Positions 1 to 10,579 are shown, counted from the stretch's first letter. The stretch: 64,000 nucleotides of DNA from an uncultured Bacilli bacterium (GCA_910588195.1 CAJUPN010000001.1:211343-275342); one strand, 5' to 3'. Notes: generated by a model not told the origin, from the sequence alone. Numbers and translations are program-made.

Positions 1-143
1 AACTTGCTGATTTAAAAAAATATGTTTCTTTCACTATTGATACTAGTGATGAAGAAAATATTAGTGGTTCAAAGAAGATTATTAATATGATAACTCGAGA
101 GATTAAAACTAAAGAAGAGTTAAGAAAACCACGATTTGAATAA
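1..143 (+). CDS. 3' end of an upstream gene (partial, product unknown)
   Basis: Open frame from the window edge to TAA at 141-143 (...ITREIKTKEELRKPRFE*). No recognisable motif. Confidence 0.35.
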   Translation, partial: LADLKKYVSFTIDTSDEENISGSKKIINMITREIKTKEELRKPRFE

Positions 144-144
144 T

Positions 145-170
145 GAAAGACATAATGTCTTTTTTTATTT
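145..170 (+). terminator. rho-independent terminator
   Basis: Hairpin gaaagacat/aatgtcttt followed by a T6 run directly after the stop codon. Confidence 0.6.
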
Positions 171-260
171 AACAATTAAATTAGCAATTTGCTATTTTTA
201 GTTATGCATGTTATAATTTTAATCAATTGTTGATTTTATTAACAATGAGGGGGATTTTTA

Positions 261-1160
261 ATGGAAAAAATAAGTGTTTTAAATAACTTAGAAAGAGAAA
301 AATTTAGATTAGAGTTAAATAGTGAAGAATATGATTGTTATAGTACTAGTCAAAAAGATATGATAATGCAAGCAATTAGACTTACTGATTGGGATTTGTC
401 ATTTGTAAGAATAATTTTTCAAAGTAATAGTATTAAAATAGGTATAGATTATTTTCTTCAAATTCTTTTAAGCACCAATTCTAAACATTTTATAATAAGT
501 AATTTTGCAGATTTTTTATTAAGAGGAATTTTGCAGAATTTACAAGGTGGAATAGATATTCTTTTAGCAGCAAAATTGTTAGATCAATTTACAAAAGATT
601 ATATGGTATTATACACATCTGATAATTATTATTCGACTATTTCGGAGAAAAGAATGAATGCTATATTTAAGTATAGTTATGATGTTTTATTTGATGATGC
701 GTATAGAAAACTTATAAGCGGTAATATTATAGAAATATTTGAAAGTTTAGTAAAAGCTACTGATATAGGAATAGATATTGGGTTCGATTTGTTCTCATTA
801 TATAATAAACTTAATGATATTCATTTTGATCATTTAAGAAAAGTATATAGTGTAAAATCAAAGTATTCTGATAAATTTAAAGTGTTTGAAATGGATAAAA
901 AGCTTAATTTTGATAAGAAAGTATTAGAGTTAATAACAATGGCTTATGAAGGAGTTTTTGATAATAACCAAGATATTATTACTATCGTTCAAGAATGTGG
1001 AGAACTTTTTACTCAGAATTATGATGATTCGGTAAATTTGTTGGATGCATTAAGTGTTTATGCTCAACTTATTTCTGAAGAGACATTAGTACAAATGACT
1101 AAAGCTGACTTAATTGAAGGAAATTTTGTTCCAAAAAAGGAAAAATGTAATACTATCTAA
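261..1160 (+). CDS. hypothetical protein, YDCYS-motif family, copy A (paralog of 2129..3277)
   Basis: 299-aa ORF with RBS gagggggatt. The N-terminal ~70 aa align closely with the ORF at 2129 (EYDCYS..QK..IMQ.IR.T.W.L.FVR..F.S.S.K..ID.F). Family not recognised. Confidence 0.6.
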   Translation: MEKISVLNNLEREKFRLELNSEEYDCYSTSQKDMIMQAIRLTDWDLSFVRIIFQSNSIKIGIDYFLQILLSTNSKHFIISNFADFLLRGILQNLQGGIDILLAAKLLDQFTKDYMVLYTSDNYYSTISEKRMNAIFKYSYDVLFDDAYRKLISGNIIEIFESLVKATDIGIDIGFDLFSLYNKLNDIHFDHLRKVYSVKSKYSDKFKVFEMDKKLNFDKKVLELITMAYEGVFDNNQDIITIVQECGELFTQNYDDSVNLLDALSVYAQLISEETLVQMTKADLIEGNFVPKKEKCNTI

Positions 1161-1189
1161 AAAAGACATTTTTCTTTTTTTATCCAATA

Positions 1190-1222
1190 AAAAAATCATT
1201 ACGATGTGTAATGATTTTTTAT
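1190..1222. terminator. bidirectional palindromic terminator between convergent genes
   Basis: Perfect palindrome aatcattacgatgtgtaatgatt flanked by A-run and T-run. It serves the + ORF ending at 1160 (which also has a small upstream hairpin at 1162-1188) and rpsD on the minus strand. Confidence 0.6.
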
Positions 1223-1224
1223 TA

Positions 1225-1824
1225 TTATCTGTTATAGAATTCTACTACTAGAGATTCATTGATTTCAGCGTTAAGTTCGCTTCTTTCAGGTAATCTAGTA
1301 AATGTACCAGATAGTTTCTTCGAATCAAATTCAACAAAAGCAGGTCTTGTAACATTAGCTTCAAGAGCTTGTCTAATTGCTGGATGTTCTAAAGAGTTTT
1401 CTTTAACACTGATTACATCACCAGGTTTACATTGGTATGAAGGAATATTAACCTTTTTACCATTAACTAGGATATGTCCATGATTAACAATTTGTCTAGC
1501 TCCACGACGAGTATTAGCCATTCCCATTCTATATACTAGATTATCAAGTCTTGATTCAAGTAATTTTAGGAAACATTCACCATGAACACCATGCATTTTA
1601 GCAGCCTTGTCAAAAAGACGTCTAAATTGTTTTTCATTTAATCCATACATAAATCTGATCTTTTGTTTTTCTTGTAACTGGATACCGTATTCAGAAACTT
1701 TCTTTCTTCTTCCAGCACCATGTTGCCCTGGAGCATAAGCTCTCTTAAGGTCTTTACCATTTTCTAAAGTAGAAAAACCTAATCTTCTAGATTTTTTATA
1801 AGCTGGACCAGTATATCTTGCCAT
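1225..1824 (-). CDS. rpsD: 30S ribosomal protein S4
   Basis: 199 aa. [18 protein letters not shown]...[10 protein letters not shown]... is the hallmark S4 N-terminus, and the S4 RNA-binding domain is present. Confidence 0.95.
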   Translation of the reverse strand: MARYTGPAYKKSRRLGFSTLENGKDLKRAYAPGQHGAGRRKKVSEYGIQLQEKQKIRFMYGLNEKQFRRLFDKAAKMHGVHGECFLKLLESRLDNLVYRMGMANTRRGARQIVNHGHILVNGKKVNIPSYQCKPGDVISVKENSLEHPAIRQALEANVTRPAFVEFDSKKLSGTFTRLPERSELNAEINESLVVEFYNR

Positions 1825-2000
1825 AAATATTCTCCTTTCTTAATATTACGTAAAAAAGGATTTTATTATATTTTAGTACTAGGGTGTTTAGTCATCTTTC
1901 CCTTAGGCAGTTTAAGTTACTAGAACTATTTCAACTAAACACATCAATACTTTAATATAATGCTGCCTTCGTTGTTACGCACTTAGTAATATACACTAAT
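1825..2000 (-). promoter_or_regulatory. rpsD 5' leader (possible S4 autoregulatory leader)
   Basis: About 180-nt untranslated GC-enriched stretch upstream of rpsD. B. subtilis rpsD is autoregulated through its leader. By inference only. Confidence 0.3.
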
Positions 2001-2128
2001 TATATGCAAAAGTCAATGATTTTATTTGTATAATAACTTTAATAATTTGCAAATTTTGCTAATATGTGTTATAATCGTTTTCAATTCAAAAAACTATGGT
2101 GCGATGAATTAGAGGGGAATGGTAATTT

Positions 2129-3277
2129 GTGGGTACAAATAAAACTAAAATTGGAAAATTAGAAGCTTTAAAAAGGGAGACATTTAAGTTTGAACTGAAT
2201 ACGAATAAAGAATACGACTGTTACAGTGATTTTCAAAAAAGAGAGATAATGCAAATAATAAGACAAACGAGTTGGGAACTTCCGTTTGTTAGAACTGTTT
2301 TTCGAAGTGAAAGTGTTAAGAATGATATAGATAAATTTATTTATATTTTTTCCTTTTTAAATTCAGAAGTTTCTGAGAAAAGAGATTTTGTATGGAATTT
2401 AATATGTGGGATTTTAAATAATTTACAAGAAAATATAAATTTTTCTTTAATAATAGAATTTTTAACGTTATTTTTTGATGATTTTGATGAGGTATATAGT
2501 AATGATAACTCTATAGATTCTAGTCAAAGAAAACAAGCTATTTTAAATTACGGCTATGACTTGTTATTTAAAAAAGAATATAATTTTTTATGTGATCCAG
2601 AGAAGAAAATATTATTTAAAAGTATTATAAGATCTAGTAGTAGTGGATTACATTTTGGGGAAATGTTGTTAAAATTATATCAGGTAATTAATATTAATCT
2701 TTCCATTTCATATCTTATTTCTTCTGATAAGTTAGGTTGTTATGGAAGAAAAGTTGAATCTCCAATTTATTTACCTGATCCTAGTTCTATTTTTACAATT
2801 GGGAAAGTTTATGAGGGTGAACTAGATTGTTATCCTGATATTGCTAAATTTATTTCCAATTATTTTCAAAAATATGCTAGTGAAATACCTTATTTGATAG
2901 ATTATTTAGATAAACTTAAAAGAAAAGCATTAGTGTTAGAATTGCAAGAATTAATACAAACAAAAGAGTTATTTAAAAATTTGATCGGAAAATATCCAAA
3001 TAGTAAGGATATATTAATCGTTGAGCAAAATTATGAAGATGCAAATCTTCGTTTAAAAGCATTTTGTAATGCCCATCCTGACATTGCATTAAGTGATGAA
3101 CAAGTGGAAATAAAAGCCATAAAAGACTATAAAGAAATAGTTGATTTATTTAAATCATTAAAAACATGTGTTGAACTAGCATCAAGCATTGTTCCGATAG
3201 ATTTAGAAGGTGTAGGATTAAAAGTTTGTGAGGGCACAAATTCTATATCTAGACCAACAGTTAGTCCTAAATTATAA
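2129..3277 (+). CDS. hypothetical protein, YDCYS-motif family, copy B (paralog of 261..1160)
   Basis: 382 aa with a GTG start and RBS agaggggaatgg. N-terminal region is homologous to copy A; C-terminal extension is unique. Confidence 0.6.
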   Translation: MGTNKTKIGKLEALKRETFKFELNTNKEYDCYSDFQKREIMQIIRQTSWELPFVRTVFRSESVKNDIDKFIYIFSFLNSEVSEKRDFVWNLICGILNNLQENINFSLIIEFLTLFFDDFDEVYSNDNSIDSSQRKQAILNYGYDLLFKKEYNFLCDPEKKILFKSIIRSSSSGLHFGEMLLKLYQVININLSISYLISSDKLGCYGRKVESPIYLPDPSSIFTIGKVYEGELDCYPDIAKFISNYFQKYASEIPYLIDYLDKLKRKALVLELQELIQTKELFKNLIGKYPNSKDILIVEQNYEDANLRLKAFCNAHPDIALSDEQVEIKAIKDYKEIVDLFKSLKTCVELASSIVPIDLEGVGLKVCEGTNSISRPTVSPKL

Positions 3278-3298
3278 AAGACTTCGGTCTTTTTTTAT
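3277..3298 (+). terminator. rho-independent terminator
   Basis: aaagacttcggtcttt hairpin plus T7. Confidence 0.6.
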
Positions 3299-4029
3299 TT
3301 GTCTAATTTATAGAAGAGTCTTTTAGCGTTACTATCTAATATTGTTTTTGTTTCTTCCAAGCCCAAATTTCGAAGTTCTTGAATTTTTTTGAAAATTAAT
3401 TTTCCTTCAGTAGTAGGATATCTGCTCATAAAAGGATAATCAGTTTCAATTAGTAGATGATCTAGTGAAACACTTTTTACAACTTCTAAAGATTTTTTTG
3501 CTGTTTTTTTTGTAATTGGTATTCCAACTGATATGTAGCCATCCTTTTTTTGAATTTTTTCTAGAATTAATAAGTCTGGTTGAAAACAGTGAAAAACAAA
3601 ACCATAATGAGGTGGGTGATCATTTAATAAGTTTATAACTAATTCGTTAGTATTATTGGCATGGATAATTATTGGTAAACGAAGATAATTTGCAAGTTCG
3701 ATTGATTCAATGAACTTGCGTTTTTGTGGTTCTAATTCACTTGATGCATCTAAGCCAGTTTCACCAATTGCAACGACTTTTTCTAATGCTTCTTCATTCG
3801 GTATTAGTTTTAAAATGTCTTCAATATTTCCCTCATAAAGTGGATGAATTCCTAATGATGCATAAAATTTTTTAAAAGAAGCAGCTATTTTTAGAACCTC
3901 TTTATTAGTTTTACTGTCAGTCCCAACATTGATTATTTTATCTAAATAAGCTAAATTATTTATCTGTATAATTTCTTCTTTAAGATTTTTTAAAGTGTTT
4001 GAGTTTATGTGTGCATGTGTATCAATCAT
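3295..4029 (-). CDS. TatD-family metal-dependent hydrolase/DNase
   Basis: Starts MIDTHAHIN.. (HxH motif) and is about 244 aa with a TIM-barrel TatD pattern, YabD-like. Confidence 0.85.
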   Translation of the reverse strand: MIDTHAHINSNTLKNLKEEIIQINNLAYLDKIINVGTDSKTNKEVLKIAASFKKFYASLGIHPLYEGNIEDILKLIPNEEALEKVVAIGETGLDASSELEPQKRKFIESIELANYLRLPIIIHANNTNELVINLLNDHPPHYGFVFHCFQPDLLILEKIQKKDGYISVGIPITKKTAKKSLEVVKSVSLDHLLIETDYPFMSRYPTTEGKLIFKKIQELRNLGLEETKTILDSNAKRLFYKLDK

Positions 4030-4140
4030 GGTTTCTCCTATAAATATTTTTTAGTATATCATAGTCTATAAATTAAAAAAATAAAATTGTTCTTTCTTAC
4101 AAAATATGTTAAAATAAACAGTAGAATAAGGGTGAAGGGT

Positions 4141-6549
4141 ATGGCAGAGTTACAAGAACACTTTAAGATGGATTACAAAAGAATATTACCTAATGCTAAT
4201 CATGTTATTAAAGGTAATAAATATCGTATTACTGTGTTATCTGATTTGTTAGTTAGACTTGAGTATTCAGAAACTGGTGCATTTGAAGATAGACCAACTG
4301 AACTTGTGATGAATAGAAAGTTTCCTGTAGCTAATTTTGAAAAAAAAGAGGATAATAAATTCCTTACTATTAAAACTTCTTATTTTACTTTAACTTATCA
4401 AAAAGAGATGCCTTTTATTGGGTCAAAAGTATCTCCAGATCAATATTTAAGAATTGATTTAAATGGTACTGATAAGTTTTGGTATTTTAATCATCCAGAA
4501 GTTAGAAATTTTGGTGGGACATCATTTTCTTTAGATGGAGCTGATGGTCATGCTAAATATGGAAAGGGTCTTTATAGTACTGATGGTTTTGTTTCTCTAG
4601 ATGATGCCAATACTTTAATATTTAATGAAGATGGAACTTTAGGGAAAAGAAGTGACAAGAGAGTAGACACTTATGTATTTATGTATAAGCGTGATTTTGG
4701 TGCTTGTCTAAGAGATTACTTTACTTTAACTGAGTATCCACCGTTAATTCCAAGATATTCTTTGGGTGTGTGGTGGAATAGAAATATTTTATATGATTCT
4801 AAAGAGATTGAGAGATTGGTTTATAAATTTAATAAAAACAGGGTCCCTTTATCAATTATTATGTTGGGAGATAAATGGCATAGACAAATGAGTAAGATGT
4901 CCTCTGGTTTATCATTTGATGAAAAATTATTTAAAAGACCGAAAAGAATGACCGATTTTTTACATAGTAAAAATATTCGTTTAGTTGTTAAAGTTAATCC
5001 TTTAGAAGGAATAAGTAAAGATGAGGATTATTTTTTACCATTTAAAAATGCGTCAGGTTTAGAAGGGGATATAAAGTTGCCTTTCAATGTCTTTAATAAA
5101 AATGTCTTAAGTGCCTATTTTGATTATTTAATTCATCCTCTTATGAATTATGGAGTGGATTTCTTTTGGATAGATTATGATAACATTAATGATCGAACTA
5201 ACTTAAGAGCACTTACACATTATCATTTTAATGATTTTAAACAGATAACTAATCGTCGCGGAATAACTCTTGCACGAAATGCTTTAATAGCAGCTCATAG
5301 ATATCCTATTCATTATACTGGGGAAACTCTAGTAAGTTGGAAGAATTTAGAGTTACTACCAACATATAATTCTACAGCATCAAATTTAGGATTATCTTGG
5401 ATTAGTAATGATATAGGCGGTTATACTGATGGTATTGAAGATGGGGAGTTATATTCAAGGTTTGTTCAATTTGGTTGTTTTTCTCCTATTTTGCGTCTTT
5501 CTGCTGATGAAGGAAGATATTATAAAAGAGAGCCTTGGAAATGGGATATTACAACTCAATCTGTCGTAAGTCAATATTTACGATTAAGACACGCGTTAAT
5601 ACCATATCTTTATAGTGAAGCTTTTAGATATACTAAAACTGGACTTCCACTTGTACAACCTTTGTATTATCGTTACCCAGAAATTTATGATGAACCATTA
5701 TATAAATCAGAATATTATTTTGGATCTTCTTTATTTGTTGCTCCTATTACAACAAAAAGAGATAACTTAATGGATAGAACAATTTTAAAGTTATTTTTAC
5801 CTGATGGAGTATGGTATGACTTTACAACTGGTAAAAGGTATGCTGGTGGTAAAAGATATACTACATTTTATAAACAAGAAGATTATCCAGTATTTGCTAA
5901 AGCAGGGACAATTATTCCCATGGCAATACTTGATGAAAGAAATATAAATGATACGAACCCTCCTAAAGCTATGGAAATTCAAATATTTCCAGGGGAGAGT
6001 AATACTTATGAATTATATGAAGATGATGGAATATCTTCTCTTTATGAAAAAGGCTTTTTTATAGTTTCGGATATTGATTATACATATCAAAAAAATAATT
6101 ATACTGTTACTATTAGACCTGTTGCTGGTAAGAGTGGAATAATTCCGCCTCATCGTGCTTATCGAATTAGATTTAGAAATGTTAGAGAGCCAGAAGAAGT
6201 TCTTATTAGAGTTGGTAATGAAAAAGTTAAAGGAGCAGAAAGTTATGTTGATGATAATGATTTTGTAATTGAATTACCAGCTTTATCAACATTAAAACAA
6301 GTAACTATATCTGTTAAAGGAAAGAATTTAGAAATAGATGCAGTAAGATTAGTTAATGATGATATAGAATCAATTCTAAATGACTTACCTATTCAAACAA
6401 AGATTAAAAATGTTATTGGTGAAACACTTCTTAGTGATACTGATATAAAGCAAAAACGTATTGAAGTTCGTAAATTAAAGAAATTAGGAGTTCATCAAAA
6501 ATATATTAATTTATTCTTAAAACTCCTTGAATATTTAGCTGAAGTTTAG
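4141..6549 (+). CDS. glycoside hydrolase family 31 (alpha-glucosidase/alpha-xylosidase-like)
   Basis: About 800 aa. GH31-like catalytic region ...VDFFWIDYDN... is present, plus an N-terminal beta-sandwich and C-terminal domains. Start chosen at ATG 4141 after RBS agggtgaaggg; the ORF track begins earlier at 4087. Confidence 0.75.
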   Translation: MAELQEHFKMDYKRILPNANHVIKGNKYRITVLSDLLVRLEYSETGAFEDRPTELVMNRKFPVANFEKKEDNKFLTIKTSYFTLTYQKEMPFIGSKVSPDQYLRIDLNGTDKFWYFNHPEVRNFGGTSFSLDGADGHAKYGKGLYSTDGFVSLDDANTLIFNEDGTLGKRSDKRVDTYVFMYKRDFGACLRDYFTLTEYPPLIPRYSLGVWWNRNILYDSKEIERLVYKFNKNRVPLSIIMLGDKWHRQMSKMSSGLSFDEKLFKRPKRMTDFLHSKNIRLVVKVNPLEGISKDEDYFLPFKNASGLEGDIKLPFNVFNKNVLSAYFDYLIHPLMNYGVDFFWIDYDNINDRTNLRALTHYHFNDFKQITNRRGITLARNALIAAHRYPIHYTGETLVSWKNLELLPTYNSTASNLGLSWISNDIGGYTDGIEDGELYSRFVQFGCFSPILRLSADEGRYYKREPWKWDITTQSVVSQYLRLRHALIPYLYSEAFRYTKTGLPLVQPLYYRYPEIYDEPLYKSEYYFGSSLFVAPITTKRDNLMDRTILKLFLPDGVWYDFTTGKRYAGGKRYTTFYKQEDYPVFAKAGTIIPMAILDERNINDTNPPKAMEIQIFPGESNTYELYEDDGISSLYEKGFFIVSDIDYTYQKNNYTVTIRPVAGKSGIIPPHRAYRIRFRNVREPEEVLIRVGNEKVKGAESYVDDNDFVIELPALSTLKQVTISVKGKNLEIDAVRLVNDDIESILNDLPIQTKIKNVIGETLLSDTDIKQKRIEVRKLKKLGVHQKYINLFLKLLEYLAEV

Positions 6550-6555
6550 TATAAT
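6527..6555 (+). promoter_or_regulatory. sigma-A-like promoter (TTGAAT-17-TATAAT) for the leuS leader
   Basis: ttgaat at ~6527 and tataat at ~6550 with a 17-nt spacer, located in the last codons of the GH31 gene. Confidence 0.45.
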
Positions 6556-6559
6556 CATT

Positions 6560-6750
6560 ATCAAGCAGAGGAAGAAAAAGTAGTAGATTAGGAGTCTATA
6601 AAAGAGAGTTACTGGTGGTGGAAAGTAATATAGATGAATAATTGAACTTGTTTTTGGATGTGTTAGGGTGATTTCTTTATTAATCATTAGAGTATAAATT
6701 AAGGTGGTACCACGAGTCTTTCGTCCTTTGGATGAAGGCTTTTTTTATTT
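6560..6750 (+). promoter_or_regulatory. T-box riboswitch leader (controls small membrane ORF + leuS)
   Basis: T-box consensus aaggtggtaccacgag at 6701-6716. An AGAGAG box lies upstream, and the terminator (tcgtcctttgg...gaaggcttttttt) overlaps the T-box as expected for an antiterminator/terminator switch. Confidence 0.75.
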
Positions 6751-6764
6751 AAGGAGGAAAGTAT

Positions 6765-7109
6765 ATGCAATATTTATTATGGTATTTAATAATTTTTTTG
6801 ATAATATTATTAGTCCTCTATATATTAGAGTTTTATATACCAGATAAGAAAAATACGTTAGGTAATAGTAAGGTATATAATTTTATATCTAAAAAGTTTA
6901 ATTTAAATATGGGTAAAAAAAGAGTTAGAATATTGAGTAAAATAATTGTTTTTGCTAATACTTTTATTTTATCAATACCAATAATGATGGTTTTATTTGT
7001 TAATTTAAATTATCTGGAAGTTTTAGGTATTTCACTTTTAATTTTTACGGTGTTAATATTAATAGTTTATAATTTTATAGGATATATATTGAAAAAGAAA
7101 GGTTGGTAA
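6765..7109 (+). CDS. small multi-pass membrane protein (3-4 TM), unknown function
   Basis: 114 aa with strong RBS aaggagg and hydrophobic segments. It lies between the T-box terminator and leuS, and its stop overlaps the leuS start region. Confidence 0.45.
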   Translation: MQYLLWYLIIFLIILLVLYILEFYIPDKKNTLGNSKVYNFISKKFNLNMGKKRVRILSKIIVFANTFILSIPIMMVLFVNLNYLEVLGISLLIFTVLILIVYNFIGYILKKKGW

Positions 7110-7111
7110 TT

Positions 7112-10100
7112 ATGGATTATAATTATAAAGAGATAGAAAAAAAATGGCAAAATTTTTGGGATAGTAATAAGACTTTTAAAACTGATATAAGGGATTTTTC
7201 TAAACCTAAGTTTTATGCGTTAGATATGTTTCCTTATCCTTCAGGAGTTGGATTACATGCAGGACATCCAGAAGGTTATACAGCAACAGATATTATATCA
7301 AGAATGAAAAGAATGCAAGGATATAATGTTTTACATCCAATGGGATATGATTCATTTGGACTTCCAGCTGAACAGTATGCTGTTCAAACAGGAAATCATC
7401 CTAGTAAATTTACAGATGAAAATATTGAAACATTTACTAAACAGTTAAAAGAATTAGGTTTTGATTATGATTGGGATCGTGTAGTTGCTACATCTGATCC
7501 AAGTTTTTATAAATGGACTCAATGGATATTTAAACAATTGTATAATGATGGTTATGCAAAGTATATTGATATGCCTGTTAATTGGTGTGAAGAGTTGGGA
7601 ACTGTTTTATCCAATGATGAAGTAATAGATGGTAAAAGTGAACGTGGAGGATATCCAGTAATTAGAAAAAATATGCGTCAATTATGTATTGATCAAGCAG
7701 CATTTGCAGAAAAGTTACTTGAGGGACTTGAAACTATTGACTGGCCAAATTCTACTAAAGAAATTCAAAAAAATTGGATTGGTAAGTCAATTGGTGCTCA
7801 TGTTGATTTTGTTGTGGATGGTTATTCTGATAAATTTACAGTTTTTACAACAAGATGTGATACTTTATTTGGTGCAACATACTGTGTCTTAGCACCAGAG
7901 CATGAATTAGTTGATAAAATTACTACTGAAGATAAACGTCAAGAAGTAGCAGATTATAAAGCTCAATGTGCTTTAAAAAATGATATGGAAAGAACTGAAT
8001 TAAATAAGGAAAAAACTGGTGTATTTACGGGTGCTTATGCAATTAATCCTGTTAATGATTCACGTATACCAATTTATATAAGCGATTATGTTTTATCTAC
8101 ATATGGAACTGGTGCTATTATGGCTGTACCAGCACATGATGATCGTGATTATGAATTTGCTAAAAAGTTTAATATACCAATAGTTCAAGTTTTAGCAAAA
8201 TCTTTTGTAGGTACAGGAGACTCACAAATTAGAGAAGATAAGCCAATGACTAATCGTAATGTAGTAAATGTTGTTATTAAACATCCTAGCGAAAATAAAT
8301 ATTTATGTGTTCATAATAAAAAGTTTAATTGGATAAACTTTGTTATGGGTGGAATTGAAGGAAATGAATCAGTAATTGAAGCTGGTATTAGAGAAGTAGT
8401 TGAAGAAACTGGTTATACTGATATTAAAATAGATAAAGAATTAGAATTTATTTACTTTGATAATTTCTATGCAGCTCATAAAGATGTTAATCGTCATATT
8501 ACTTGTCATACGATTGTTGGACATTTAAATAGTTTAGAACAAGTAAATATAAGTGATGAAGAAAAAGCTTTAGCTGATTACTTATGGATTCAGGAAAATG
8601 AATTAATAGACTCTTTAACAACGGAAGCTCACAAGTATGATGCTAGACGTGTACTTAACGGAGAAGGTGCAATGACTGAAGATGGTGTACATATTAATTC
8701 TTGTACTCCATTACAAGTTACTGGAACACCACATGAAAATGAATTTAAAAAGAATTCAATTGTCGCTATTGTTTATGATGAAAAAAATGATAAGTATTTA
8801 ACAATAAATTGGAAAGATAAAGGTGGACGTTTATTTATTGGTGGATCTATTAATGACGGAGAAACTCCACTTGAATGTGCTTTAAGAGAAGTAGCCGAAG
8901 AGACTGGTTATAAAAATTTAGAATTTATTTCTGAACTTCCAAAAATAAATCATCATTATTATGCTTTTAATAAGGATAAATATTTTAATATAATATCGAC
9001 TGGTTTTTTATTTAAATTAGTAGATGATGAAAAAGGTTCTCAAAATTTAGATGATGATGAAGAATTTAGTGTTGAATGGGTTTCAAAAGAAGTTATCGAG
9101 TCAGAAATAAAAGATGAATTACATATAGAAACTTATAAGCATTCTAAAGCAATAGATAAGATAGATATTTTAGATTTAAATGATTTATTAAAGAGTGAAG
9201 CTATTGAAAAAACAATATCTTGGTTAGAAGAGCATGGTAAAGGAACTAAAAAAGTTAATTATAAAATGCGTGAATGGATATTTGCAAGACAAAGATATTG
9301 GGGGGAGCCTGTACCAATCGTTCATATGGAGGATGGATCAGACTATATTTTAGAAGATCAAGAATTGCCACTTTGTTTACCAGAACTTGATGATTATAAG
9401 GGACATATTGGACTTGCTCCTCTTGAGAATGCCAGTGAATGGAAAAAATATGAGAAAAATGGTGTCAAAGGAGTTAGAGAAACTTCTACAATGCCAGGGA
9501 GTGCAGGATCTAGTTGGTATTTCTTAAGATATATTGATCCTAAAAATGATAACGCTTTTGCAGATCAAGAGTTATTAAAACATTGGATGCCAGTGGATTT
9601 ATATGTTGGTGGACCAGAACACGCAGTTGGACATTTAATGTATTCTAGAATTTGGAATCGTTATCTTTATGATAAAGGATTATCTCCTGTTGCTGAACCA
9701 TTTAAGAAGTTAGTTCATCAAGGAATGATTTTAGGAGAAAATGGAATAAAGATGGGTAAGAGATTCCCTAAATATGTTATTAATCCATCGGATATTATCC
9801 GGGATTATGGAGCAGATACTTTAAGACTTTATGAAATGTTCATGGGACCGCTTGAAGCTTCTAAGCCTTGGAGTCCAACAGGTGTTGAAGGGGCTAAAAA
9901 GTTTTTAGATCGTATTTGGAGATTATATGCTGATGAAAATAGAATATCTGATAGTGAGAATAAAAATTTAGAAAAAGTTTATCATGCTACTGTTAAAAAG
10001 GTAACTTCTGATTATGAGGCATTAGCATTTAATACAGCAATAAGTCAATTAATGGTATTTATTAATGCTGTATATAAAGAGGATGTATTCCCAAGAGAGT

Positions 10101-10429
10101 ATGCAGAAGGTTTCATAAAATTACTTAATCCAATTGCTCCACATATTACAGAAGAATTATGGAGTACTGTTTTAGGACATGATGATACAATTGCATTTGA
10201 ATCTTGGCCAAAGTTTGATGAGTCTAAAATAGTTGAAGACTTCTTAACTATTGGAGTACAAGTTAATGGTAAATTAAGAGGAACTATAACTGTACCAGTT
10301 GATAGTACAGAAGATCAAATTAAAGAATCAGCATTTGAAGAAGAAAATGTAAAAAGACACACTGATGGAAAAGAAATAGTAAAAGTAATAGTAATTAAAG
10401 GAAAAATAGTTAATATCGTTATAAAATAA
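7112..10429 (+). CDS. leuS: leucyl-tRNA synthetase with ~280-aa insertion carrying two Nudix hydrolase motifs
   Basis: Class I aaRS signatures are present: HAGHPEGY (HIGH), a KMGKR (KMSKS-type) loop, and an editing domain ([24 protein letters not shown]). Two perfect Nudix boxes are inserted: [23 protein letters not shown] and [24 protein letters not shown]. Length is 1105-1108 aa versus about 800-860 for typical bacterial LeuRS. Confidence 0.9.
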   Translation: MDYNYKEIEKKWQNFWDSNKTFKTDIRDFSKPKFYALDMFPYPSGVGLHAGHPEGYTATDIISRMKRMQGYNVLHPMGYDSFGLPAEQYAVQTGNHPSKFTDENIETFTKQLKELGFDYDWDRVVATSDPSFYKWTQWIFKQLYNDGYAKYIDMPVNWCEELGTVLSNDEVIDGKSERGGYPVIRKNMRQLCIDQAAFAEKLLEGLETIDWPNSTKEIQKNWIGKSIGAHVDFVVDGYSDKFTVFTTRCDTLFGATYCVLAPEHELVDKITTEDKRQEVADYKAQCALKNDMERTELNKEKTGVFTGAYAINPVNDSRIPIYISDYVLSTYGTGAIMAVPAHDDRDYEFAKKFNIPIVQVLAKSFVGTGDSQIREDKPMTNRNVVNVVIKHPSENKYLCVHNKKFNWINFVMGGIEGNESVIEAGIREVVEETGYTDIKIDKELEFIYFDNFYAAHKDVNRHITCHTIVGHLNSLEQVNISDEEKALADYLWIQENELIDSLTTEAHKYDARRVLNGEGAMTEDGVHINSCTPLQVTGTPHENEFKKNSIVAIVYDEKNDKYLTINWKDKGGRLFIGGSINDGETPLECALREVAEETGYKNLEFISELPKINHHYYAFNKDKYFNIISTGFLFKLVDDEKGSQNLDDDEEFSVEWVSKEVIESEIKDELHIETYKHSKAIDKIDILDLNDLLKSEAIEKTISWLEEHGKGTKKVNYKMREWIFARQRYWGEPVPIVHMEDGSDYILEDQELPLCLPELDDYKGHIGLAPLENASEWKKYEKNGVKGVRETSTMPGSAGSSWYFLRYIDPKNDNAFADQELLKHWMPVDLYVGGPEHAVGHLMYSRIWNRYLYDKGLSPVAEPFKKLVHQGMILGENGIKMGKRFPKYVINPSDIIRDYGADTLRLYEMFMGPLEASKPWSPTGVEGAKKFLDRIWRLYADENRISDSENKNLEKVYHATVKKVTSDYEALAFNTAISQLMVFINAVYKEDVFPREYAEGFIKLLNPIAPHITEELWSTVLGHDDTIAFESWPKFDESKIVEDFLTIGVQVNGKLRGTITVPVDSTEDQIKESAFEEENVKRHTDGKEIVKVIVIKGKIVNIVIK

Positions 10430-10455
10430 GAAAAGTCACTAAGTGACTTTTTTTG
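10430..10455 (+). terminator. rho-independent terminator
   Basis: aaaagtcact/aagtgactttt hairpin plus T-run. Confidence 0.6.
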
Positions 10456-10579
10456 TTTATAATAATGTAAAGATATGTCTAAATTTATAAAATATCTTCT
10501 TGAAATTTGGACTTGACCTTGCTAATAAAAGTAAACATGTTATGATTATGTAAGTATGTCAAAATAAAGGAGGGATAAA

